Below, piece by piece: positions 39,616-48,264 of a stretch of 64,000 nucleotides of DNA. Location: IMG/VR virus record IMGVR_UViG_3300028840_008159; one strand, written 5' to 3'. Position 1 is the first letter of the stretch; every line of letters begins with the position of its first letter. A program made the translations under genes and the position numbers. Source of the stretch: an uncultured virus (IMG/VR IMGVR_UViG_3300028840_008159) (taxonomy: Duplodnaviria > Heunggongvirae > Uroviricota > Caudoviricetes). Under the pieces are notes generated by a model. The model did not search any database. It was not told the origin of the DNA and saw only the letters and a list, made by a program, of their open reading frames with translations.

Positions 39616-42600
39616 CAGAGGCTCCCGACCATCTTGCTCAGGATATGCTCGACGATTTCCAGGGTGACGACGGGCAGTTCATCGACCTCGTTCAGGACGG
39701 AGGCGTGTTTGTAGAACTCGCGCACCCGTTCCTCGCCGATGCCCAACCCGTACAGGTACATGCCGTCCTTCTCCAGAGCCTCGGCCTTCTTGCAGACCGT
39801 GAACAGGTGTCGTTCCAGTTCCTCGATCTGGCTCAGGGGCGCGTTCGGCATCCCGTCGTTGAGGACGATCTGTATCTTCGTCTTCTCCTTGCGGCGTTCC
39901 AGCCGTTTCAAGCCCCACATGACCGCCTCTCCGTCGAGGTTGCAGGCCATGGAGAAGTCGCTGAAGATGTTGGACGGGGCGACGTTCTCGTTGAACTCCT
40001 TGAAGACGTAGCCTTGGTACGGGCAGAAGCGGCTGAACCTGTCAGGATCAACCCCGTCCATGTCCAGCTTCTTCGCGTCCTTCTCGTTCGTCGTGTGACC
40101 GATGATTTCATGCGGGATGCGCAACGCTCGCATGACCTCGCTCAGGCAGCAAGCGGCCTTCATCGCCAACTCGATCTTGCGTCCACACATGGAACCGGAG
40201 CAGTCCACTAGCAACTGGACGGCGACTCGCGGGTCTTTCTTGACCGTTATGGTTCGCCAGACGCGACGGACATCGACGTTCGCGCCCCGGAGGGCCAACC
40301 CCAACTTGTAGGCGTTGCGCGGGTCGAGACGACCTTCCTCGGCGTTTACCTTGATCCGGTTCTTCTCAGGAGACCAGAGCTTGCGGAGCCGTTCCGTCGT
40401 CTGAGCGATGACCTCGGCGTACTCGCGTCGGCATTTCTCGTACTTCTCCATCGCCCTCGGCGAGTCCTTGACCCGATCAACCTTGTCGTAGGCGCGGTCG
40501 TACGGGACGTACTTGCGAGCGGAGAGCGCGGTGATCGGGGCGGTGTCGACCTGACCCCCCTGCTCCCCTGAGTCCCGATGGACGCCCTCGCCAAGGACCT
40601 CAACGTCCAAGTCCTCCGCGACGGAGCGGTTGCGAACCTTCTCGATGGTCTCGTCAACGACTTGCTGCGTCACGTCCTTGCCGATGTTCTCGTCGTTCTC
40701 GCGGTCCATGTCGTGAATGACCTGCAAGATGTTGTCCCGACGCGACTCGGCGGTTTTGGCCTCCGCTTCCTTGGCCTCCGCTTCCTTGGCGAGCGGGTCG
40801 ATCAAGGGCTGGTAGTCTTCCATGATCCGTTGCTTGATCTGGCGTTTGCCTTCCTCGGACTTGGCCTTCGCCGCCGCTTCCTCCCGTTGCGCCTCGTCCA
40901 GCTTGACCTTGCGCTCGGCCAGTTCGCCCTCGGATCGCTTGAGGTCGTCTTCGGCCATGCCCATCTCGTCCTCTCGTCGTCCCAAGAGGCGTTCGTCGTT
41001 GTCGATGCGGTCCCGTAGGCGTTTGGCCCTCGCCGCAAGCTCGTTGGCTCGTTGACGGGCTGGATTGAGGGGTTCGCCCTCGCCCTCGACGACCTGACCG
41101 CCATCGCCTTCGACGGTCCCATCGCCTTGGCCCATGCCCTCGCCATGACCGTAACCCTGGCCATCGCCTTCGCCTTCACCCTGACCGGGTTGGCCCTGTC
41201 CAACGGCGTTTTGACCTTCGCCTTGGCCCTCGCCCTGACCGTCGCTAGGTTGACCTTGGCCCATGCCAGCTTGCTGGCCTTCGCCCTGACCGGGTTGGCC
41301 TTCGGCGTTTGGCTGTCCCTGACCCTCTTGGCCTTGGCCCTGGCCTTCGCCTTGTCCCTGACCGCCTTCGCCCTGTTGCTGGCCTTCCTGACCTTGGCCC
41401 TCGCCTTGGCCCTGACCCTGCTGCTGGCCCTGCTGCTGGCCCTGCTGCTGTTCAGGTCGAGCGGGGTTGATCCTTGCGCCTTCGGGCGGCTTGGGCTGCT
41501 GTTGGCGTTCCTTGGACTTCTGTTCGGCGTCTCGCGCTTCCGCTTCCCGCGCCTCGTCTTCGGCGTCTGCGACCTCGCGATCCAACTCACGAGCGCGTCG
41601 GCGTTCCTTGGCGAGTCGATCCCTGACTCGGCGAAGGTTCTGTTCTGATTGCTTCTCCTTCTCCTTCGCCTTCTCGACGGCCTTGCGGGACTCCCGCGCT
41701 TCTTCTTCCTTCTCGGCGCGTTCAGATGCCGCGTCCTGTCGCATCCTCTCTTCCAGCGAGTTGTCGTGTTCTTCCTTGGCCTTGCGCTCGGCCTCGTTCT
41801 TCATCCGGGCGTGGGCTGAGTGGGCGTTGTTGGCCTCCGTCCGGGCGTTCTTCGCTTCCTCGATCTTCTCCTTGGCTTCCTCGCCTGGGCGGTAGTCGCA
41901 AGGCAGGATCGGCAGGACGTTCAGGCGTTTGAGGTATTCCTTCGCCCGTTCGAGGGAGTTGGAAGTGGACTGCCCTGGAATGTCCTGCATGATCTGGTCA
42001 TGGATTGGCTTGTAGGGGTGATCCTTGTACTGCTTGTGAATGTCCTTGTCCTCGCCCTCTCGCCAGACGTAGAGCCAGAGGTGAAGGAAGCGCATGGCTT
42101 CTAGGCGCGTCCCTAGAGCCTTCAGGATGGTTTCCTCGTCCTTGTCGATGCCCAACCGCTCGGCCATGCCCTGCAAGAGGATGATGCCCATGCGGTAGAG
42201 TTGGTCGTCATCCAACCCTTCCTTCGCCATGAGGTCGCTGATTTCGGGTTCCTCGTATACCCAAGCCTTGTACTCCTTCTCCGTGAGTTGCAACTGGTTC
42301 GCGGCCATGCTCTTGCCGATTTCGATGACCTGCTTGCGCAGCCGCCCCTGGCTCAGGTACGATGCCTTCTCCAACGCCCCGAACAGGGTTTGGGTGTTGT
42401 CGGCCTTGAGATGGATCTTGTAACCCTCGTTCTGCGACTGGGTTAGCATCTCCTTGCCGCCTGGGAAGTCCCGACGCAGTTTCAACTCGATGCGTTGGTC
42501 CTCGAATGCGTTGCAGGCATGGAACACCATGTAGTCCTTGATGTCGATGAGCGCGTCCGGGTCGGTATACTTGACGTGACCCGCCTCATGGAGGGCGAAC

Positions 42601-42788
42601 CCCCGCAATACGTCAACGTCCTCTGCCTCCGCGTACTCCAGGTTGGGGAGGTAGATGATGGGGGGTTTGGTGTTCAGGACGGCGCAAATCTTGTCGCCGC
42701 GCATCCTGACCTCTACGCCCAACTGGTCATGGATCAAGTCGGCGAAGACCTGCATCCTGCATAGTCCGAAAATGTCGATCTGAGCCAT
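39615..42788 (-). CDS. CobT-like VWA protein (HExxH N-domain, coiled coil, Q/G/E linker)
   Basis: LHEAGHVKY...NAFEDQRIE; MIDAS DCSGS; LNDGMP; GIGE; GQGEGQ repeats at about 41090-41450. Confidence 0.85.
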   Translation of the reverse strand: MAQIDIFGLCRMQVFADLIHDQLGVEVRMRGDKICAVLNTKPPIIYLPNLEYAEAEDVDVLRGFALHEAGHVKYTDPDALIDIKDYMVFHACNAFEDQRIELKLRRDFPGGKEMLTQSQNEGYKIHLKADNTQTLFGALEKASYLSQGRLRKQVIEIGKSMAANQLQLTEKEYKAWVYEEPEISDLMAKEGLDDDQLYRMGIILLQGMAERLGIDKDEETILKALGTRLEAMRFLHLWLYVWREGEDKDIHKQYKDHPYKPIHDQIMQDIPGQSTSNSLERAKEYLKRLNVLPILPCDYRPGEEAKEKIEEAKNARTEANNAHSAHARMKNEAERKAKEEHDNSLEERMRQDAASERAEKEEEARESRKAVEKAKEKEKQSEQNLRRVRDRLAKERRRARELDREVADAEDEAREAEARDAEQKSKERQQQPKPPEGARINPARPEQQQGQQQGQQQGQGQGEGQGQEGQQQGEGGQGQGEGQGQGQEGQGQPNAEGQPGQGEGQQAGMGQGQPSDGQGEGQGEGQNAVGQGQPGQGEGEGDGQGYGHGEGMGQGDGTVEGDGGQVVEGEGEPLNPARQRANELAARAKRLRDRIDNDERLLGRREDEMGMAEDDLKRSEGELAERKVKLDEAQREEAAAKAKSEEGKRQIKQRIMEDYQPLIDPLAKEAEAKEAEAKTAESRRDNILQVIHDMDRENDENIGKDVTQQVVDETIEKVRNRSVAEDLDVEVLGEGVHRDSGEQGGQVDTAPITALSARKYVPYDRAYDKVDRVKDSPRAMEKYEKCRREYAEVIAQTTERLRKLWSPEKNRIKVNAEEGRLDPRNAYKLGLALRGANVDVRRVWRTITVKKDPRVAVQLLVDCSGSMCGRKIELAMKAACCLSEVMRALRIPHEIIGHTTNEKDAKKLDMDGVDPDRFSRFCPYQGYVFKEFNENVAPSNIFSDFSMACNLDGEAVMWGLKRLERRKEKTKIQIVLNDGMPNAPLSQIEELERHLFTVCKKAEALEKDGMYLYGLGIGEERVREFYKHASVLNEVDELPVVTLEIVEHILSKMVGSL

Positions 42789-42910
42789 TCGTTCCTTGCC
42801 CCTTTCGCCCCCAATGGGCGGGCCTTCGCGTTGCCTGGTCCATGAGGCACGCCGATCTCAAGGCGTCCTAGCGGGCCTTTGTTTCACCTGGAGCGACGAG
42901 GCACGCCCGT

Positions 42911-43219
42911 TCAGTTATGCCGGGATGATAGGAACTGGTGGAACCTCTCGACGACCTGGTCGATCTCCTCGTCTGACACGTCGCGGCCAAGCTGGCGCCG
43001 GATCTCGTCCCGCTGCGCATCCGTGGGCTTGAGCAGGCTTTTCTTGTCGATCGGGGGGATGCAGTGGATGCACACGATATCGTGCTCGCCGACCTCCTGG
43101 ATCTTCTCGAACGTGGCGGGGCTGGCCCAGACCTTGGCGTTGCATTTCGAGCATTCCAGGGGGACGGAACCCGGCGTGAGGGGTTCCAGGCCGCAGGCTA
43201 TGACGAGCTTGTCGCTCAC
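42911..43219 (-). CDS. small zinc-binding protein
   Basis: CSKC...CIHC; GGAGG RBS. Confidence 0.7.
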   Translation of the reverse strand: MSDKLVIACGLEPLTPGSVPLECSKCNAKVWASPATFEKIQEVGEHDIVCIHCIPPIDKKSLLKPTDAQRDEIRRQLGRDVSDEEIDQVVERFHQFLSSRHN

Positions 43220-43228
43220 GGGACCTCC

Positions 43229-45406
43229 TTACTGGACGTCCAGGACGCAGGTCCGCCTCACCGCGTTGACCACGAAGTTGCAGAGGAGGCTCATGGACTC
43301 GGAGGCGTCCTTCAGGACGACGAAGTTGTCCTTGCCGTACATCTCCTCGCCATGATCGTCGCTGTAGGCTTCGTCGATCCCGATGCCGAATAGCTCGACT
43401 CCCGCCCTGCGGGACGCGGAGCAGACGCGCTTCATGTGTTGCCTCGCGGACCTGTCGCCGTAGCGGTGGCCGTTCGGGAGGCCGTCGCTCACGACGAAGA
43501 TCGTCTTGATCGGGATGTTGGGGTACCACTTCAGCATCCTGCGGGTCGTCTCCAGCATCGCGTACCCGTCGAGGTTCTGGCAGAAGTAGGTCGATTCCGC
43601 GAGCGCGACCAGGTTGCGGTTCTCCGGGGTGTAGTAGTGATGAACGCAACACCCGTCGCTCCGGCCATGATGCCGTTCGCCCTGGGCCGTGTGTCCAAGG
43701 ACGGACAACTCGATCCCTTCCATGTCCTTCAGGGACTCGGCGAGGACGATGGCGACGTCACGCGCTATGTGGACGCGGGCCTTGCCGCTACGGTCGTCTC
43801 CCATCGAGCCGCTCTCGTCGATCAGGACGGCGAAGGCCATGTCGATCCGGTTGATGATCTCAGGCTGCTCGAAGATCAAGGGCTGATCCTCGCCGAAGGC
43901 GAGCTTGTAGAGCGATCCCTCGTCCACCATGCCGCGACGGAGGCCGTGAAGCATGAGGTTGGGCTTCTCGTTCCTGAGCTTCAGTCGGTTGCGCACGCCG
44001 TTGATGGTTGACTTCAGTTCCTCCACGAGCCGCTTGTAGTGAGCCTCGGACGACTTGTTGGGCTTGACCATGACGTGATCGGTTCCGCCGCGCCATTCGT
44101 CCTCGTCGAGGATCTGGCGTTCGATGGTCTCGCCAAGGGGGACGCCCTCGCGATCCGACTTGGAAACCATCTTGCCGTCGTCGTCCCGTTCGGGCTTCAG
44201 GTTGGTGTTTTTCTCCTGCTCGTCCATCTTGTCGCGCCCGAAGCCGAACTTGGGCGGCGCGTTCTCGTCGTCCTTGCCGTTGCCCTTGCCGTCGCCCTCG
44301 CCGTCTCCGTCACCCTCTCCTGGCTGGTTCTCCTGCTTCTCGCCATCCGGGCCGGATTCGGCGTCGGGCTTCTTCTTCTCCTCGTTCTGCGGGAGTATCT
44401 TGAGTATCTGCTTGGCCGCGTCGAGGGCGTTCTTCCCGCGATACTGGGCGTCCGCGTCCATCGGCATGGTCTTCTTGGCCGCTTCTACCGCCTCGCGGTA
44501 CGCCTTCGGCAGGTCGAGCTTCTGGTCGGGGTAGAGCATCTCGTAGCGAGCCGCCGCCACCGCGCCGTCGATCCAGTTCACGCCAGCCTTGTTGGCCTCC
44601 TGGATCATCATCTCCAGTTGCTCGCGAGCGTTGGGGTCGGACCAGTAATCGCGGTAGGCCGCGTAGTAGCTCTTGAATCCGGGGTACTTTTCGAGGACCG
44701 CCTTCTCGGCGATCAGCGTCTCCTGGGACGTCCAGAGCGGGTCGGCGATCATCTTGACGTGTTGGTCCGTCTCGCCGAACACGTCTTTCTCCGACTGCTG
44801 GTGGGCCGTGGCCTTCATCGCGGCCAGGGTCAGGGAGTCGGCGATCAGGACGTCCTGCTTCTCCTCGTCGGTCCATTCGGACTTGCGACTCGTCCGGTTG
44901 TCGATGACGTCGGGCGACAGGATGATGGTGTCCTTGGACAGCTTGTTGGAGTTGTCCTTGTCATGCTCGCGGCCGGGACCACCTTCGACGCGACCGTCGC
45001 GCCTGTCGCGCCTGTCGTCGTCCTCGTGGTTCTCGTCGTCCGTGGGGTTGGTGGCCCACTTGACGCGGAGGTTGCGCTCGCCCGAACCGATGGAGTTGGC
45101 CGGGACGTTGGCGGCGTTGGCGATGTTGTAGAGGATTTCCTTGTACTTCCACTCCTCGTCCATCGAACCCCAAGAGGAGGTCGTCCAGAAGGAGGACGCG
45201 GACTGTCCCGGCGTTCGCCAGTCCTTCCAGTCGCCGCCGTCGTACCAGTCGTCCCAACCGTCGTAGCCACCGTAGCCGCCGTAGTAGCCGCCGTAGCCGT
45301 AGGTCCCGTCCTTCTTCTTGGAGAACTCGGACTTGGACGAGCCGAAGCCTCCCAGGGCGCCGTCGAAGAAGCCCTTCTTCTTCTTTTTCTTCTTCTTCCT
45401 GCCCAT
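43229..45406 (-). CDS. second VWA-domain protein (MoxR partner)
   Basis: MIDAS DESGS; VSDGLP; FGIGI; TAATG overlap with AAA gene; poly-Lys and G/Y-rich N-terminus. Confidence 0.85.
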   Translation of the reverse strand: MGRKKKKKKKKGFFDGALGGFGSSKSEFSKKKDGTYGYGGYYGGYGGYDGWDDWYDGGDWKDWRTPGQSASSFWTTSSWGSMDEEWKYKEILYNIANAANVPANSIGSGERNLRVKWATNPTDDENHEDDDRRDRRDGRVEGGPGREHDKDNSNKLSKDTIILSPDVIDNRTSRKSEWTDEEKQDVLIADSLTLAAMKATAHQQSEKDVFGETDQHVKMIADPLWTSQETLIAEKAVLEKYPGFKSYYAAYRDYWSDPNAREQLEMMIQEANKAGVNWIDGAVAAARYEMLYPDQKLDLPKAYREAVEAAKKTMPMDADAQYRGKNALDAAKQILKILPQNEEKKKPDAESGPDGEKQENQPGEGDGDGEGDGKGNGKDDENAPPKFGFGRDKMDEQEKNTNLKPERDDDGKMVSKSDREGVPLGETIERQILDEDEWRGGTDHVMVKPNKSSEAHYKRLVEELKSTINGVRNRLKLRNEKPNLMLHGLRRGMVDEGSLYKLAFGEDQPLIFEQPEIINRIDMAFAVLIDESGSMGDDRSGKARVHIARDVAIVLAESLKDMEGIELSVLGHTAQGERHHGRSDGCCVHHYYTPENRNLVALAESTYFCQNLDGYAMLETTRRMLKWYPNIPIKTIFVVSDGLPNGHRYGDRSARQHMKRVCSASRRAGVELFGIGIDEAYSDDHGEEMYGKDNFVVLKDASESMSLLCNFVVNAVRRTCVLDVQ

Positions 45407-46638
45407 TAGGTCAGCTCCTTGAGGTCGAACTTGCCCTGCATCAGCATCTTGACCTGGGGCCGCTCGTCCTCGGGGTAGTACGGGATGACCGTATACCAGA
45501 GAGCCTCGTGATAAGCCTGTCCAGCCGCCCTGAAGCGGCGTCCAAGGACCGACGTTTGGAGCAACTGGCGCGTCGACACGGCTCGCGTCAGGCTGCTGCC
45601 TCCTTTGGCGTCACCCTTGGCCTTGGCCCGGATGTCGTTCGCGAACTCGACCAGCTTCTTGGCCTCCTTTTCGGGGATTCCGGTCTTGTCCATGAGGACC
45701 TTGACCTCCTCCTTGTGAGGCAGGAAGCCGCACTCGACGCGCTGTCCGAACCTGTCCTCCAGGGCCGCGTCCAGGGTGAACGTCCCCGTGTGGGCGTGGC
45801 CGATGTTGCAGGTGGCGAAGAAGGTCACGCCCTCGGCGACCTCGACCATCTCGCCGACCTCCTCGACCCAGGTGGAGCGTCGGGCGTCCAGCAACGGGTA
45901 CAGCGTGTTGTGGAGCGAGGAGTGGAGGCGGTTGAACTCGTCGAGGACGATGACGCAGTTCTTGGTCCGAATGGCCTTGACGAAATCGGCCAGGTGCCAC
46001 ATCACGTCGCCGCCCTTGGCCTCCTTGTAGCCGAACCAGTCGCGAGCCTCGCGGATCGTCGCGCAGTTCATCACGACCATCGGGCGGTCATGCTTGGCCG
46101 CGTACCAGACGGCGAGTTCCGTCTTGCCGCAACCCTGCGGCCCGGTCAGCAGGACGTTCTGCGGGGTATCCTGCGACATGTCATGCACGATGTCGAGGAA
46201 CGACTTGTCCCGCTTATCGACGAAGAACGCCTCGTCAACGTCCGGCCAGACGATGGATCGGTCTGCCTTCTTGATCTTGTAGGACAGCTTCGGGATGAAC
46301 TTCGCCGCCGCCGCCTTGCGGTCGGCCTCCAGCTTCTTCTTCTTCTCCTCCTCGGCCTTGCGGCGAGCCTCGGCCTCGGCCTTCTTGCGGTCGGCCTCCT
46401 TCATCTTGCGGAGCCGCTTTTGCTCTTCCTGCTTCTGCCTAAGCTCCTTCAGCTCCTCCGGGGGCATCTTGGCCTCCGGGCTGGCGATGTAATCGCGGAC
46501 GTGGGAGCAGGACTTCGCGCCCTTGGAGAACTTCCAGGAGGGGCAGGTGCAGTAGACGTTGCCGTCGTCGCCGCGTCGAACCTCGTAGCTGATGGTGGGG
46601 CTGCTCTTGGACGGAATCTTCTTCAGGACGGTCGCCAT
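45406..46638 (-). CDS. MoxR/CbbQ/NorQ/CobS-family AAA+ ATPase with N-terminal SWIM-like zinc finger
   Basis: CTCPSW...CSH; Walker A GPQGCGKT; Walker B IVLDEFN; ATCN; LDAALEDRF; STRQLL. Confidence 0.9.
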   Translation of the reverse strand: MATVLKKIPSKSSPTISYEVRRGDDGNVYCTCPSWKFSKGAKSCSHVRDYIASPEAKMPPEELKELRQKQEEQKRLRKMKEADRKKAEAEARRKAEEEKKKKLEADRKAAAAKFIPKLSYKIKKADRSIVWPDVDEAFFVDKRDKSFLDIVHDMSQDTPQNVLLTGPQGCGKTELAVWYAAKHDRPMVVMNCATIREARDWFGYKEAKGGDVMWHLADFVKAIRTKNCVIVLDEFNRLHSSLHNTLYPLLDARRSTWVEEVGEMVEVAEGVTFFATCNIGHAHTGTFTLDAALEDRFGQRVECGFLPHKEEVKVLMDKTGIPEKEAKKLVEFANDIRAKAKGDAKGGSSLTRAVSTRQLLQTSVLGRRFRAAGQAYHEALWYTVIPYYPEDERPQVKMLMQGKFDLKELT

Positions 46639-46689
46639 TACGTTCTCCTCGGTCCAGTTGGCGGGCCTTCGTCTCGCCTGGTCATGTTA

Positions 46690-46717
46690 AGCATACGCCC
46701 TTACACGGCATTGTCAA
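46690..46717 (-). promoter_or_regulatory. sigma70-type promoter directly upstream of an element copy
   Basis: TTGACA-N16-TATGCT on - strand; CCAGG of element begins 8 nt after the -10. Confidence 0.7.
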
Positions 46718-47502
46718 CGCTTAAAGCGTCTCAGGAAATCATCGTCCAGCTTGCTGTCACGCTCCTTCGCTCCCTCTTCGAGTTCCTTGGCCATCTCCTC
46801 GGCGGACTTGAACTTGATCGGGCAGCTATCCAGAAGCTCAAGCATGAGCTTCACTTCGGGCGATAGCTCCTCGTCCTTCTCCTCTGCCCGTTTCGCCGCC
46901 CACTTCGTGAGGGTGGCCGTCATGAACGACATGAAGAAGGCAGAAAGGAGCGAGTCCTGGACTTGCTTTTTGTCGTCCTCGTCGAACCCCTGGACGTCGG
47001 GTTCCCCAAGGATCAACGTCCCGTCTTCCTTGCGCCCCGTGATCGGGATGGTCGCCAACGCCTCGCGGTCGTCGATGCTACGGGCGACGTTGACGATGAC
47101 CTCGACCCGCTCTGGATGCTCGGAGGGGGTGGGCAGGTTTTTCACGTCCTTCACCTCGTCCTTGTCGAGTTTCAGCGTCCAAGCCTCGCTCTGGAAGATC
47201 GCCATGAGGACCTTGAGGTCGTTGGCGGCTGCGGCGAGGCCCAGCTTGGCGAAGACGGCTTGCTTCTCGGCGTTCGTCCTCGGCATCCCGTCGCCCAGTA
47301 CGACGAGGACGACCTTGCGCTCTTGCGGACCCTCGTCCCCGCCGCAGACCAGGATCACGCGGGGGGCGTATTCCTTGATGTCGCCTTCCTCGACGGACTT
47401 GGTGACGAGGCCGACGTGGGTCTCGAACTCCTTGTTGAACTCCTCGGTCGGGAGCATCCACTCGGCGAGCTTGTTCTTCATCTCGTTCAACGGGTCGTTC
47501 AT
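46714..47502 (-). CDS. hypothetical protein
   Basis: 262 aa; SEAW...PSEHPERVEV; element at 47529. Confidence 0.8.
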   Translation of the reverse strand: MNDPLNEMKNKLAEWMLPTEEFNKEFETHVGLVTKSVEEGDIKEYAPRVILVCGGDEGPQERKVVLVVLGDGMPRTNAEKQAVFAKLGLAAAANDLKVLMAIFQSEAWTLKLDKDEVKDVKNLPTPSEHPERVEVIVNVARSIDDREALATIPITGRKEDGTLILGEPDVQGFDEDDKKQVQDSLLSAFFMSFMTATLTKWAAKRAEEKDEELSPEVKLMLELLDSCPIKFKSAEEMAKELEEGAKERDSKLDDDFLRRFKR

Positions 47503-47535
47503 CGGCGTTTTCCTTTCGAGTTCCTTGTCGGGCCT

Positions 47536-48018
47536 TCACGCGGCCTGGTCGGTGGCTATGTCGTACACCTCGTACTCGTCCCAACTTACGAACCCTTCCT
47601 CCATCATGCCCTCGCAGACGAGGTGGTTGCCGGACATGTCGAACAGCCCGACGTCCACCGTGTCAGAGTCGTATTCCCTCATCAGGTCTTCCTCGCCCGT
47701 TATGTCGAGCGGCGCGGCGCAGATGACCATCTCCTGCTTGCCGTCCAGGCAGACGACGAACGGCCGGCCCCTGGGCCATTGCTTCGTGACGTCCTCGTAC
47801 TCCACCGGGGTGAACTGGACGTCGGCGGCGACGGCCATCACGTCTTGCTGGTCGAACCGGAACATGGTCCCTCGCTTGAACGTGTAGACCGGGGGGTCGG
47901 AGACGAGCATCGCCATAAGCTCGCCCTTCTTCAAGCCCTTGAGGAGTGATGGCTCGACGACGAGGTACAGGTTGTGCCCGTACTTGGACGTGAATATGTC
48001 GCCAGGCTTGACTTTCAT
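47536..48018 (-). CDS. hypothetical protein
   Basis: 160 aa; N-terminus V.PGDIF resembles 39190-39615. Confidence 0.7.
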   Translation of the reverse strand: MKVKPGDIFTSKYGHNLYLVVEPSLLKGLKKGELMAMLVSDPPVYTFKRGTMFRFDQQDVMAVAADVQFTPVEYEDVTKQWPRGRPFVVCLDGKQEMVICAAPLDITGEEDLMREYDSDTVDVGLFDMSGNHLVCEGMMEEGFVSWDEYEVYDIATDQAA

Positions 48019-48264
48019 CTGTCGGCCTTTCTTACATCATGGTGAGCTTGTTTTCACGGATCGCGTATACGGCGATCAGGTTGTCCGGTCTATCGGCGTC
48101 CCAGATGAGAACCTGAGTGGCCAGGGCCAGGGCGTTCCCGATTCCCCCGACCTGCTCGCACCTGAGCCTAGCGGCTCGGATCAGGGTATCGTCGTCGAGG
48201 TCTTCTACCTGGACGTCATCCGTTGATCCCGTGGAGCGTCCGATCTGTACGGTTAGCTGATGCA

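Noticed and set aside
41090..41450. GCCCTGACC/GCCTTCGCC-type DNA repeats as a non-coding array
   Set aside because: Fully explained by the in-frame GQGEGQ protein linker
32842..47949. Long + strand ORFs (32842-34323, 44039-45409, 45508-46866, 46751-47887, 46963-47949)
   Set aside because: Antisense shadows of real - strand genes, expected from high GC3; no RBS or recognisable motifs
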